A stretch of DNA of 64,000 bases, taken from positions 746,775-810,774 of the forward strand of contig LSRY02000045.1 of the NCBI GenBank assembly GCA_001643675.2, written 5' to 3'. Both the position numbers and the translations under genes were made by a program. Shown one piece after another: positions 24,270 through 37,288 of this stretch; positions within the stretch are counted from its first letter, which is position 1; every line of letters starts with the position of its first letter. A model generated the notes under the pieces. It did no database searches. It worked only from the letters and a program-made list of their open reading frames with translations, and was not told the origin of the DNA. Source of the DNA: Monocercomonoides exilis PA203 (Eukaryota; Protista; Preaxostyla).

Positions 24270-24792
24270 TATTGACAAATACTCATCATGATAAATTTTG
24301 AATAATAAGTTCAACAATTTTGAATTATAAAAGAGGCAGTCGAATATCTTGCAAATTGGAATCTTTTATTAAGCATTGAAAAAAAGAACACGATGAAATT
24401 TCTAAAGAAAGTATTGTTTCGAAAAGGATTAATGATGTTATTCATATTTATTTCTTCTTTTCCATCTGGATGAAATTTGAATGGAAAGTGGTGATATTGA
24501 CAAAATACACTTTCATTCTTTTCGCAAAAGAAAGAAAAAACATGATATGAGGTAAAAATGAATCAATATTTATCTCATACTAAGCAAAACAAAATTTGAA
24601 ACTTCAATTTGAGTAATGAAATATCAATCTCACAAATGTAAAAAAAATTAGCTTTGATATGTTTTCAATATTTCACTTTATTTTTTTTAAACAATATTCA
24701 AAGAAAAAAAATGTTAAACACCTGGTATTGCCTTTCTTTTCTCTTTTGTTCTCTTTCTCTTCCACAACATCATTTATTTCAATAATTCACTT

Positions 24793-26081
24793 TTACGCGT
24801 CTTTCTTTAAGTCGGCACTTCCTTCAACATCGTCCGTCTTCTCCATGCTTGATCCGCTTCCGTCAGCTCTTTCCGCACTAGACGACGCCTGCTCTTCTCC
24901 GGCCCTCTGGTCGCCTTCGCCTTCGCCTTCGCTTCCTGGACTTCCGCCTGCGTCCGCCCCACCTGACCGGATAATCATCTGAACGTAGCTTTGGCACACT
25001 TCTGGAATTTCCGCTGCCAGAGACGTGTCAAACGTGAAGCGCACGCCTTCTTCGCTGTCCGAAGGAATCGTATACAGAAACGTGTGCGTCGGCTGATGCA
25101 TCGCCCAACCTAGAATCTGCTGAAATGAGTTCGTCCGTGTCAAAGTCAACGGAATAATTCCATTTTTCTCGGGCCCTTTGTCCTTTCGCAGCGTGTGGAT
25201 GCCCACTTTGTTCACTCCCAACAGCACAGGAATCTGCTCTCTGACGATCTTGTCAATCACCACCAGCTCCAGCGCATCATAGAAAGTGCTTCCAAATATC
25301 TCCCCTTGCCACTCGCGAAGTCGCGCAAGATAGCGCAGCTTCCCTTCCAACTCTGTTGCAATCGGATCAAACGCCACACGCTGATATTCATCCAGAAGTG
25401 CTTTCTCCCACACAGCAGGCTTTCGGTACTTCAATAATGGAGCAGGTATAAATTTGTTTAGAAGATTACTTGAACTAATTGAAAAAATTTTTTATTTGAA
25501 AGAAAAATAAATAAATAAATAAATTGTAAAAAATAAAATTAAAATTTAATTAAAAATAAATATGTCATTCAAATATGCTACTACAAATAAATAAATAACA
25601 CACGTCAGAAATCCAGCTTTATGCTTTGAAGGATCTGGATTTCCAAATGTGACACGTAAATCAATAGCTGCAAGCTCTAAAAATTGCCGCTCAGTTATTG
25701 GATATCGCCCACGCAACACATCTTCACGAATTTGAATATATTCCATATGCACAACTGTTGGATCAACATTTTCTTCAAAGAAAAACCGTTTTTTGAACAA
25801 AAATCTTGAAGGAGTTATCAATCTTGGACAAAGTTCATCGGGTTTCAGATATTTATCTGCCACATGAAAAAAATATCGATATGCTAAGTCAAACACTACA
25901 TGTGTTTTAACAAACCAACTTGATTGCCATCGATGATTGTTGATTCATATAATGCAAATGACTCAACATCCACAGTAATTTGCATTTTTTGAGCAATTTT
26001 TTGCACAAGTTCTCCAACAGTGGTTTCATCAGAAATGACGAATTTTTTGGTCGATGAATCTTCAAAATGAACGTCGATCAT
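24793..26081 (-). CDS. Stand-alone FERM (band 4.1) domain protein, ~364 aa, 3 exons
   Basis: Exons 25916-26081, 25604-25856 and 24793-25468 join in frame via GT-AG introns. F1: IDVHFEDSSTKKFVISDETTVGELVQKIAQKM...FALYE. F2: EYIQIREDVLRGRYPI...LELAAIDL. F3: FGSTFY...LLGVNKVGIH. Confidence 0.88.
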
Positions 26082-26491
26082 TAGAAAGATAAATTCTTGA
26101 AATATTTGTGAGAAAAAAGAAACAATAAAACATAAGCAAAACATTTTTATGGATAATTATAAAAGAAATTATTATTTATCATAAATATTGTTAGCAAACT
26201 TTTAATAACAAGAATAAAATGATAACAAAGATATTATCACAACCTGTTTTGGGTTGTTGTGATCATTTTAACCGAATCTGTAATCATTGCGATAAATGTT
26301 TCACATAAATAAATCTTGATGCGATTCATTTTTTTTGTCATTATGTTTTGAGCCAATTATCATGTGATATTCGAAAAAAATTAAAAAAAAAAGGTTTAAA
26401 AAATATTTCAACGCATTTCAAAAACTACAAATAAACTTGTTAAAGATAAATTTTTTTCAATAGACTTAAGTCTCATCCACGAGGATTATAT

Positions 26492-28843
26492 TCACCACAA
26501 TTTCCTATTTGTCACTTCTTCTTTTTTCCTCTTATATCCAAGCACCGCTGCAACCGTCACAGCCTGCGCCACCACAAACAGCGAGATAAGCGTTCCGCTC
26601 TTTGCCCCCGCCATCTCCCTCGCAATCTGCCCTTCCTTGTTCTGTATCTCCCTCCGCACGCCTTCAAACTCCTCTCTCATCAGCCTCGCCTTCTTCTGCA
26701 GCACCCCTTTGATCGCCTGCACGCCTTTCCCGAGCTCCTCGTCAACCACTTTGTCCATCTGATCCACATTCTCCATCATCCCTTTCACCATCTTCTCATT
26801 CTCTGCTTTCATCAGCGAACCAACTTTCTCCTCAATCAGCTTCGCCACATCCTCCACCCCCTTTTTCGTCATCCGCGCCTCCTCTTTCTTCCTCTCCTCT
26901 TCTTTCTCCGCCTCCGCTGCTTTCTTCCACGCTTCTTCCGCTTTCTCCACCGCCTTCTTCACCACCTCCCCCTTCGCTGCCTCTTCTCTCGCTGCGTCTG
27001 CTATTGCGTGTGACAGCCTTTCCCTCATCCCTCCTTCTGCTGCTGCCAGCTGGCTCCGCACTTCCTTTCCCAGCTGCTCCACGTCCTGCTTCGTGACGTA
27101 CTGCGACGAAAGCGCTGAGGATGTGCCTTGCGCTGCCTGAGAGAAGAGAAGAGAAGAAGAAGAAAGTTTGGCCTCGAGTGACTGCAGGCGCTGGTCGACT
27201 TGCTGGAGGAGCTGCTGGAGGGAGGAGAGGGTGAGAGGAGGGGAGGAGGAAGAGGAAGAGGAAGAGGAAGAGGAGGAGGAGGAGGAAGATGTTGATGTTG
27301 ACGATGAAGATGATTGAGGAGTGTGAGGATTCTGATGATGTGATTGATCAGATGATGAAGGTTGTGAAGATGGATTAGAAGAAGAAGATGGATTAGAAAA
27401 AGAAGAAGGAGAGGTTTGCATTTGCTGTTGATAAGAAGGAGAAGAAGAAGAAGGATTTTGTGAGCTGCCAGCTACTGCTGCTGGCTGCGGATTATTTGAA
27501 TTGCCCTCTTCGTTCATGTCATTCAGTCCAGGCGACGATGTCGTCACTTCTCTTCTCTGATACCCTTCTGCTCTGTCTGACTCTGGCTGTTGCTGCTGCT
27601 GTTGTGGTTGAGGCTGGTTTGCTTGACTTGGCTGATTTTGAGTGTTTTGAGTGTTTTGAGTGTTTTGAGTATTTTGCTCGCTTTTCTGGCTGGCGCCCTG
27701 ATTTCCAGCACTTGCATTGATGCCCTTGTATTGCTGGGCATACTTCTCCACCCCAATGGGAAACGCGTGGATCTGATCAGAAATCTCCACGTCTTTCAAG
27801 TCGTGGCAATCGAAATTCTTGCCAGTCGAGGCCGAAAAGCCGAAGAAATAGCCCGCCGGCAAATGCACGTCCTTCACAAGCAGAACAGTGTGCAGCTTCG
27901 CATCTGTGCTGCCGACCTTCACCACACTCGACTGCGGCTCTCGCACCTCGTCGATGGGGTGGCTTTTGCCTCGGATCGGAGACGTCGTCTGCACCCACAG
28001 CACGTCTTGCGAGTACGTCACGCGGATGTGCACGGGCACGTCAGTCTCAACAGACGACACACGGAAGCTGCTCTGGCACCCGCCGATCTGCTGGGTGCTG
28101 CCATCTGTGGCGTGATCAAAATGCATCGTGCCGTCATTCACGATGGCCTTGAAGGATTAAAAAAAAAAAAAAAATAACAGGATTAATTTAATTGCAGATG
28201 CATATTAAAAAGCACTGAATAATTAAAACAAATAGAGGCTCAATACCGAAATTGAAGGATTATTTCTAAAATATTTATTTTGAAAAATTTTTTAATTAAA
28301 AAAATAAAAATACAAGATTACCAACCTTTTATGCGCACTATCATATGTATTTAATATTAAAGCTAATCCTTCCCATTGATCTTTACTTCCATATACGTTT
28401 CCCTCTATTCGAGGTTCTTTTGCATACCACATCACCAAACCTTCTGCTCGCAATTAAAAAAATATATATATAATATAAAAAAACATAGGAAAGATGTATG
28501 CAAACCTGCTCCTATTCGTTCAGAGCTCCCGATCTTGCGAAAATAATTGGAAAATTAAAAATGAAAATCATAATTTGAAGAAATTTTTTGTTTAGCAAAC
28601 AGCAGCTTGAAAATTGACTTCCCATGTTGATGCTTCATTGGGGTATTTTGCCCACAAATGTCCTTTTTGTCCTTCCTTGTGTGAAGTCAGCTTTATTGCA
28701 TTTTCAGTAACAACAGTAGACCCCAATGAATCCCATCCATCTAATCCATCATAATGTCCTGCAAGGAAAGGACGTTTTAGCATAAGAAACGGCATGCATT
28801 GAGAAAACAAGAATAACGAAAAAAATGAAACGACATTCAGCAT
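26492..28843 (-). CDS. LMAN1: L-type (legume-like) lectin cargo receptor, ERGIC-53/VIP36/Emp47 family, 5 exons
   Basis: Signal peptide; IKLTS..GQKGHLW; WEVNF; GLVMWY; VYGSKDQWEGLALI; VNDGTMHFDHATDG; LPAGYFFGFSASTG..DCHD; Gln/Ser linker; coiled coil; TM; tail ending RKLW (KKFF-like). Exons 28601-28843, 28506-28533, 28326-28443, 28247-28265 and 26492-28147. The coiled coil favours LMAN1 over LMAN2. Confidence 0.85.
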
Positions 28844-29242
28844 CTTTCAAACAAAAACTGAATGATATTAATTTTGGGATTTGATTTATGAAAAGTTTCT
28901 AAATTCAGTTTTTGCTTAAGCTTTAATCTTATTATAAAACAAAAATAATCCTGATATTCATAAATAAGACAGCATATTTATCAAACAAAAAGCTATACTC
29001 ACAGTTGTAATAAAAATTATATATATACAGAAATAATCCTTTATCCAAATACCAACAGCATAAAGGATTTAGTAATATATATGAAGAAACAAACTGAAAA
29101 ATTAACAAACATACTGAGAAAATAAAACGACAAAAAAATGAAATTCTGAAAAAAATAATTCAATTAGCCAATATAATTGCTAACTCTTTTTTCAACAAAT
29201 AAAAATATCCCTCCTTAAAGATTAGTTCCAAAATCAAAAATT

Positions 29243-30622
29243 TCATGCTTTAACCCAAATTTGTGGTTGTCCGTTGTTGATGCGTACTTCGAGACCATCA
29301 GAAATTGTTTGAGTGTTTCCAGAAAATATTTCTCTAACTCTTTCTCCTCTGTTAAATGGAGTGTATGTCAGTTTGCGTTGAACATTTCCATCATATTGAT
29401 TTGTTGTACATACAAGTGTGGTTCCGCGGGAGAAAGCATAAAATTGATCATCAATGTATCTTTCAATTTGAGGCTCTCTGGAATTAATTCTTTGTCTTTG
29501 CTTTGCGGCTGTTGAAATAAATCTGTACAATTCGTGATTCTTATTCCATCCAGCTCTCCATAATGGCTCTCTGTTATTTGGATCATCTCCTCCATTGAAT
29601 CCTTGCTCAGTTCCATAGTACACAAGTGGAATGGAAGAAGCCATGATATTGTAAGCAAGCGCATTCTTTAACGCTCTCCAATCACCGTTAATGTTCAACC
29701 ATCGTTTGTTGTCGTGATTATCAATAAATCCTCCTAAAATGCTGGCATCAATTCCAACATTTGCATATTCATTCAATCTGTTTCTAATTTGGTAGCATGA
29801 TTGATGGTAAGCATAAACATTGATTAAAGTGTAGTACATTGGATATGACAATTGACCTCCCATCACGTCATAATAAGGTTTCAAATAATTAACGTTTCCG
29901 TCAAAGACTTCACCAAGCATGTAAATATTTGGTACACGTTGAGAGAGTTCGCCCCAGAACCACTTTGGAACATGTTTCACTGTATCAATACGAATTCCAT
30001 CAAGATTGTATTCCTTGATTATCCATTGGCACCACTTAATCAGCTCGTCTTTAACCCAACTATTTTCCTGTTTCAAATCTGGGAGATCTGCAACTCTGCA
30101 ATTCTCAATTTTCCATTGATCGCTGTAATCAATTGAACACCAATCATGATAATGCTCTGCTCTGTCAAATGGTTTAATTCTGCCAAAATCTGTTCCAACT
30201 GGTCCAACATGATTGAAAACCAAATCAACCATCACCCAAATATCACGTTTTTTGCATTCATTTATCAAGTTGCGTAAATCGCTTTCCGATCCGAAATTAG
30301 TATTCAATGCATAAAAATTTGTTGCGTGGTAGCCATGATATGATCCTTGAGTATTTTCTACGATTGGTGAAATCCAAATCGCGTTCATGCCAAGATCTTG
30401 GATGTAATCCAAATGATTCATTATTCCTCTGTATGATCCACCGCAATAATTCCCAAGATTACATGAATAGTTATTATTATCGCTTCTTGCAAAACGATCA
30501 GTTAAAATTTGATATATGATACGCGTCTTCCAGTCATCATATGATCTTCCAACAACAATTTCATTTGTATCATTTGCAGCACTCACAAACAAAATTGATA
30601 AAAATCCCAAAAAGTACAACAT
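29243..30622 (-). CDS. Secreted alpha-amylase, GH13 (Taka-amylase/GH13_1-like), intronless
   Basis: Signal peptide MLYFLGFLSILFVSA; IYQILTDRF; YCGGSYRGI; IWISP; YHGY; MVDLVFNH; catalytic motifs GIRIDTVKHV, GEVF and FIDNHD; YYGTEQ; DPNNREPLW. Confidence 0.95.
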   Translation of the reverse strand: MLYFLGFLSILFVSAANDTNEIVVGRSYDDWKTRIIYQILTDRFARSDNNNYSCNLGNYCGGSYRGIMNHLDYIQDLGMNAIWISPIVENTQGSYHGYHATNFYALNTNFGSESDLRNLINECKKRDIWVMVDLVFNHVGPVGTDFGRIKPFDRAEHYHDWCSIDYSDQWKIENCRVADLPDLKQENSWVKDELIKWCQWIIKEYNLDGIRIDTVKHVPKWFWGELSQRVPNIYMLGEVFDGNVNYLKPYYDVMGGQLSYPMYYTLINVYAYHQSCYQIRNRLNEYANVGIDASILGGFIDNHDNKRWLNINGDWRALKNALAYNIMASSIPLVYYGTEQGFNGGDDPNNREPLWRAGWNKNHELYRFISTAAKQRQRINSREPQIERYIDDQFYAFSRGTTLVCTTNQYDGNVQRKLTYTPFNRGERVREIFSGNTQTISDGLEVRINNGQPQIWVKA

Positions 30623-30821
30623 CTCAAACACAAGCGAATCTTATAAGCAATTTAAGGTTTTCAGATCATTGTTTTGTTATTCCGTTTGACCATTTCTTTT
30701 CATTTTGAACTTGATAAATATGATGTTAGCGATTTCCAAAAGAAAACCAGGAATTTCCTTTAATAAATATATATTTTCGATATTAAGATGGTTTTGATCA
30801 CAATGAAAATAATAATCAAAA

Positions 30822-33800
30822 ATGATATTTGACCCAAATATTAGCGATAATTTATCTTTAGTTGATAATTTTGACGTTAAAGATAATGTATTTTCCTATT
30901 TTTATTGATTTAGAACTTTTTTTTAAAAAATTTCCTGAATTAGTATTATCAACAATTTCCACAAAAATCTGATTATCAAAGCAGAGAAACTTATCGTTTA
31001 AACGGAAGCTTTGCAAATTATCTTCTTGGAAACGTAGATTCAGATTCAGAGGATATTTCTGCTTCATCTTCAGATTCACTTCGAAACGAACAAGAAAGTT
31101 CAAGTAGTCAGGAACTTTTAGAATCAATCAAATTAACTCACATGAGAGCGCGAAAAAAGAATTTCGAAATATTAATATCTAGTGATTCTGGATTTGAAGA
31201 AAAATCATCAAAAAAGAAATTTTTTTTCCCACGAAAGAAATCGAAACAAAACCGAAAATTGAACAAAAAACTCAGAAGTAATGATCAACTGACCTATCCA
31301 ATATATACTCATAAATCATCTGAAGATGGTTCCATTAATAATGCGTCTCAAATTCAAATGTTCCGTTCTGCCTCACTTTACTTTGCAACGAAATTTTCAT
31401 ACAAAACTTTGAAGTTCCCAATACTGTTATGTTCTCCTTCACTTTCCACCGTTGATTCTGAATCTTCTCCATTCTCTGTTGCACAAGTGGCTTGCTCAAA
31501 CATCAACCTTCCCAAATTGTGGTGCGTTATTCCTGTCGATCCAAGAGCAGAGTCTGTGTGTGTGAAATGCCGCTTGGTTGACTACAATCAGCTGCTGGTG
31601 ACTGGCTTCCAAGCCTTTTTCAACCACGGCTCGCTGCTTGTCCACGCAGTGGTGGTGCTTGACTGCGACAACGACGACGACAATGCAGAAGAAGAAGAAG
31701 GAGAAGGCAAAGAAGGCGAAGGGATCAGAAGCAGCAGCAGTAGCGGAGGAGGGGGTGCGAACGATATGCTGGATGACAGTGACTACGATTTCGAGGACGA
31801 GCTGTTTGATTTTGGAGGAGAAGGAAGAGGAAGAGGAGAAGGGAGTCCGTCATTGGGCAATGTGGGAGTCGGGTTTATGGGAATGTCTATGCAGCAGGAG
31901 AGCAAAAGGCGTATGAGCCCAGAGATGAGAGAGAAAAAAAGGAAAGAAAGATGGATGCAGCGTGTCTTGAAGACGATGCACAGCCCAAAAAGGGGGCGAG
32001 TGGCGTTTTCTCTGGTGACAGAGACAGAGCCTATTCTCTCTTCGTTCGGGGCAGATGGGTCAGTGAGAATGAGTGAGGAGAAGGAAATGCGTGATTATTC
32101 TGTTGATTCTTCTTCTTCTTCTTCTTCTAATTTCTCTTCCTCTTTAGCTTCTTCATCATCTTCCTCTTCTTCATATTCAAATGCAACTTCATTACTCCCA
32201 TCATCATCTGCATCATTTTCTTCTCATTTGTTCAATTCATCTGCTTTTCCTTCATCATCATCATCTTCTTCTTCTTCATTTTCTTCTTCTTCCTTTTCCT
32301 CCTCTTCTTTTCCCTCTTCTTCTTCTTATTCCTCCTCCTCCTCCTCCTCTTCTTCTTCTTCCTCCTCTTCTTCTTCTTCCTCTCTCTCTTCATTTTCTTC
32401 ACATCATTTCGATCCACCTTTGTCCCCCTTCTCCCCTTCTCTTCCTTCTCCTTCTCTCATGTCTCCTTATCTTCCACCTTCTTCTTCTTCTTCTTCTTCT
32501 TCTTCTTCTTCTTCTTCTTCTCTAATTACCCCTTCTTTTCCTTCTCCTCTTCTCTCTTCCCCCTTTTCTCCGTATCTTATCCCTCCTCCTTCTTCCTCTT
32601 CTCTTTCTCTTTCTTCTTTTTCCTCCTCTTCTCTTTCCTCTTCTTCTTCTTCTTCTCTTTCCTCTTCCTTTTCTCCTTCTCTTCCTTCATCATCATCATC
32701 TTCTTCTTCTTCTTCTTCCTCTTCTTTCTCTTCTTCCTCTTCTTCCTCTTCTCCCTCTCTCCTCCCTTCCATGAGCTACCTTTTCCCTCCCTTCCAAAAG
32801 ACTCTTCTTCCTTCTTCTTCTCCTCTTCTCTCTTCTCTCACCCTTCTTTTTGCTTCGATTGTCAAAACAAGCGCTGTTTCTGTGCTGCTGAAGGCGATTT
32901 TGAGTGACGTGAATGTGGCTGGTGGAGAAGCGATGAGTGGAGATGTGGAAGAGGAGAAGAGGAAGGAGAGGGAGAGGGATAGAGAGAGAGGGAGAGAGAG
33001 AGAGAGAAAGGAGAAGGAGGAGAAGGAAAAGAAGGAAAGAGAGAGGGAGAAGAGAGAAAAAGTGGATGAGACGGAAGAAGAAGAAATGGAAGTGGAGGAA
33101 GAGGAAGAGAAAGAAGAGGAAGAGGAAGAAGAAGAAGAAGAAGATGATGAGGAGGAGGATGATGATGAAGATTATGAGGAGTATAAAAGGAAAAGAAGAG
33201 TACGGAAAGAAAGGAGGAGAAGGAAGATGAATAGGAAAAATGGTGTGAAAAGAGAAAAAGAGGAGAAAGAGGAGAAAGAGGAGAAAGAGGAGAAAGAAGA
33301 GAGAAGGGAAAAAGATGTGGAAGAAATTGAAAAAGAGGAAGAGGAGGAGGAGGAGGAAGAAGAAGTGATAAGCATTGAAATGGAGAAAGAAGGAGAAGAA
33401 GAGAAAGAAGAGAAGAAGGAGAAGAGAGGAAGAGGAAGAGGAGGAAGAGGAAGAAGAAGAAAAGAAGCAGAAAAAGCGAATGAGAAGAAGAAGAAGAAGA
33501 AGACAGAAAGAGGAAGAGGAAGAGGAAGAGGAAGAGGAAGAAGAAGGAAAGAAAGTGAGAAAGAGGAGAAAGAGAAAGAGAAGGAGAAAGAAGAAATGAG
33601 AAAGGGAAAAGGAAAGGGGAAAGGGAAAGGGAAAGGGAAAGAGAAAGAGAAGAATAGCAATGAAATGAGTGAGATGAATGACATGACAGAAGATGTGAAG
33701 GAAATCGAATTTGAGAGCATTTCATCAGGGTTTGATGTGATTGTGCTGGAGTCTGAGGCAAATGAAGAGAAAGAAGGAGGAAAAGGAGGAAGAGGAGGAA

Positions 33801-34982
33801 GAGAAAGAGAGAGAGAGAGAAAGGAAGAAGAAGAAGAAGAAGAAGAAGAGGAGGAGGAGGAGGAGGAAGGAGAAGAAGGAGAAGAAAGAGGGAGAAGAAG
33901 AGGAAGAGGAAGAAGAGGAAAGAAGAAGATAAAAGGCAATTATGCATACAAACCTTATGAATTTGCAAGGAAGATATTTGTGAGTGAAATGGAAAAACAA
34001 AAGAAAGAAGAAGAAGAAGAAAGAGAAAGAGAAAGAGAAAGAGGAGAAGAAGAAGTTGATGATGATGAAGAAACAGAGGTTATGGATGAAGCATTAACAA
34101 ATAAGAACATAAACATGAATGAAAAAGAAGAAGAAGAAGAAAAAGAAGAAGAAGAAGATGATGATGATGAAGATGAAAAAATGAAGAAGAAGAAGAAGAC
34201 GATGATGATGAAAGAAAGAGCAGCACAAATAAGAAGAAGAAAGCAAGTGTTTGATTATGGAAGAATGAGAAAGAGGAGAAGAGGAAGAGGAAGAGGAAGA
34301 GGGGGAAGGAAGAGAAAAGATAATGAGATGATGATGAATATGGAAGAGGAAGAGGAAGAAGAGGAGGAGGAGGAAGAAGAAGAAGATAAAGAAGAAGATG
34401 GCATTGATAATGAAGAATACAACGAAGCAGGAAAGAAAGAAAGAATTGAAGCTATTTTAGAAGGAGAAGGAGACGAAGAAGGAAGAGAAGGAAGAGAAAG
34501 AAGAGAAAGAAGAAGAGGAGGAGAAGAAAATGAAGAAGAAGGAGAAGGAGAAGAAGAAGAAGATGATGAAGACATTGAGTCAACAGCACGTTTTTATCTT
34601 TCCTTTCAGAAGTTGCAAGAGAGAAAAGCGAAAATTAGAGAGAAATACAAAAATGACAGAAATATTCATCTTCTTCCTTCTTCTATTGCTTCTTCTTCTC
34701 TTCCTCCTCCTCCTCCTCCTCCTTCTTCTTCTTCTATTGCTTCTATTGCTTCTTCTGGAGAAGGAAGAAAGGAGGAGAAGAAGGAAGAAAGAGAAAAAGA
34801 GAAAGAAAAGGAGAAAGAGAAAGAGAAAGAGAAGGTAAGAGAAAGAGAAAGGGACAGAAGAGAGAAAGAAACGGAACAAGAATCATCTTTTCTTTCGACT
34901 TCAGACAAAAACGTGTTTGAAATGGAAGCAGAACAAGAGAAAGAGCAATCTTCTGAGAAGAAAAATTTGAAAATTAATATTC

Positions 34983-35015
<33 letters not shown>

Positions 35016-35323
35016 TATCATCATCATCATCTTCTTCTCTTATTTCTCCCTCTCTTACATCTTCATCTTCACTTTCACCTTCACCTTCATCTTTGTCTAT
35101 GTCATTATCATCATCATTACCCTCTTCTTCTTCTCTTTCTCCTTCTCCTTCTCCTTCTCCTTCTCCTTCTCCTTCCTCTTCTCTTTCTCTTTCTCCTCTT
35201 TCTCCTTTTTCTTCCATTTCTCCCCCAAAAATCACTCAAAATCCTATCCAATCATCATTATCTTCTTCTTCTCCCTCCTCTTCTTTAACCTCTTCTTCTT
35301 CCTTCTCTTTTTCTCCTCCTTCT

Positions 35324-35355
<32 letters not shown>

Positions 35356-36739
35356 CCTCTTCCTCTACCCTCCTCTCTCTCTCCCAGACAAGCTTCTCCG
35401 CTCTCCCAAGTTCATTGGAGAGGCTGTGTGTTATTGGAACACCAACAACCTTCCACTCAGAATGCTCGTGTTGCCAAAGAGGAAGAGAGGAAGGCCTCCT
35501 GGGTCATTGAACAAGCAGAAGAAGGGAAGAAGGGAGAAGGGGGAAGGAAGAGAAGGAGGAAGAAGAAGAGAAGAAGAAGAAGAAGAAGATTTAAGAGGAG
35601 AAGGAGATGATGGTGATGATAAAGAAGAAAAAAGAGCAAGAGAAAGAGAAAGATCAAAATCAAACACAAATCCCTTCAATAGAACCCATCCATCTTCCAA
35701 TTCCTCGAATACAAAGGAGAATTCCACTGCTCTTTCTCTTCTTTCTCGTTTCAGCCCGATTTCAGCGATTCCGCTCAAGTCTTCCTTTGAAGACGTGCAG
35801 ATGTCTCTTCTGGCAGACAGGTTGGCTCACAAACAGGAGGGAAACGAGGAGAAGATGGAGAAGATGGAGAAGGAGAAGGAGAAGGGGAAGGAGAAGGGGA
35901 ATTCGGTTGCTGTTTTTTCTTCTTCTGCTTCTTCTGTTTCTGCTTCTTCTGTTTCTGCTTCTCCTCTTTCTACTTCTCCTCTTCCTTCTTCTTCTTCTTC
36001 TTCTTCTATTCAAGTTTCTTCTTCCATTTCTTCTTCTCCTTTTTCTTCTTCTTCTTCTCTTCCGCTTGTTTCTTCTTCTCCATTTAATTCTTCTTCCTCT
36101 CTTTCTCCTCTTCCTTCTTCTCCTATTTCATCTTCTCCTTTCTCTTCTTCTCCTTCTGCTTCCATTTCTTCTTCCATTTCTTCTCCTTCTCCTTCACCTC
36201 TTTCTTCTTCTTCTCTTTCTTTTCCTTACTCTTCCTCTTCCTCTTCTTCTCCATTTTCTTCTTCTTCTTCTTCCCTCTCTCCTTCTCCTCCTTTGCTCTC
36301 TTTCAAACATAATAATAATTCACCTCCTCTTCCTTTTGCTTCTTCTTCATCTTCATCATCCAATTTAATTTCTTCTTCTTCTTCCTCTCCATATAATTCT
36401 TCCTCTTCTTCCTCTTCTTCTTCCTCTTCTTCTTCCTCTTCTTCTTCCTCTTCTTCTTCCTCTTCTTCTTCCTCTTCTTCTTCCTCTTCTTCCTCCTCCT
36501 CTTCCTCCTCTTCTTCTCCATTATCATCATCTTCGTTACCTTCTTCTTCTTTCTCTTTCTCTCCTCCCTTTTCTTCTTCTTCTTCCTCCTCCTCCTCCTC
36601 TTCTTCCTCTTCCTCTTCTTTGCCCTCTTTTCCTGCTTCACTTCAACACACTCCATCTTTCAAAAATCCTTTTTCTTCTCCTTCTCCTCCTTTTCCTTCT
36701 CCTTCTTCCTCTTCATTTTCTTTCTTCTCTTCCCCCTTG

Positions 36740-36770
<31 letters not shown>

Positions 36771-37255
36771 TTTCTTCTTCCTCTTCTCTTCCTTCTCCTC
36801 CTCTTCCTTCTTCTTCATTTCCTTCTTCTTCTCTTTCTTTTCCTTCTTCTTCTTCTTCTTCTTCTTCTTCTTCTTCTTCTTCCTTCCAATCAATCTTCAT
36901 TCAACCATCCATCTTCCCTACAAACACAAAACCTTCTTCTATTTTGTCTGCGTCTCAACATTTCATCCACACAAGCAAGACAAATTCTGTCTCTTCTTCT
37001 GCTTCTAATCCTTTTTCGCCTTCACAAACAATTTATTCTTCTTCTCCTTCTTCCTCTTCCTCTTCTTTTTCTCCTTCTCCTTCTTTTTCTTCTTCTTCTC
37101 TTTCTTTTCCTTCCTCTTCCTCTTCCTCTTCTTTTTATACAAATTCTCCTCCTTCTTCTTCTGCAATGAAGACAATCGTCTCATCATCTCCTTCATCATC
37201 ATCACAATCACAATCACAATCACCATTTTCTCCTCCTCCTTCTTCTTCTTCCTCC

Positions 37256-37288
<33 letters not shown>

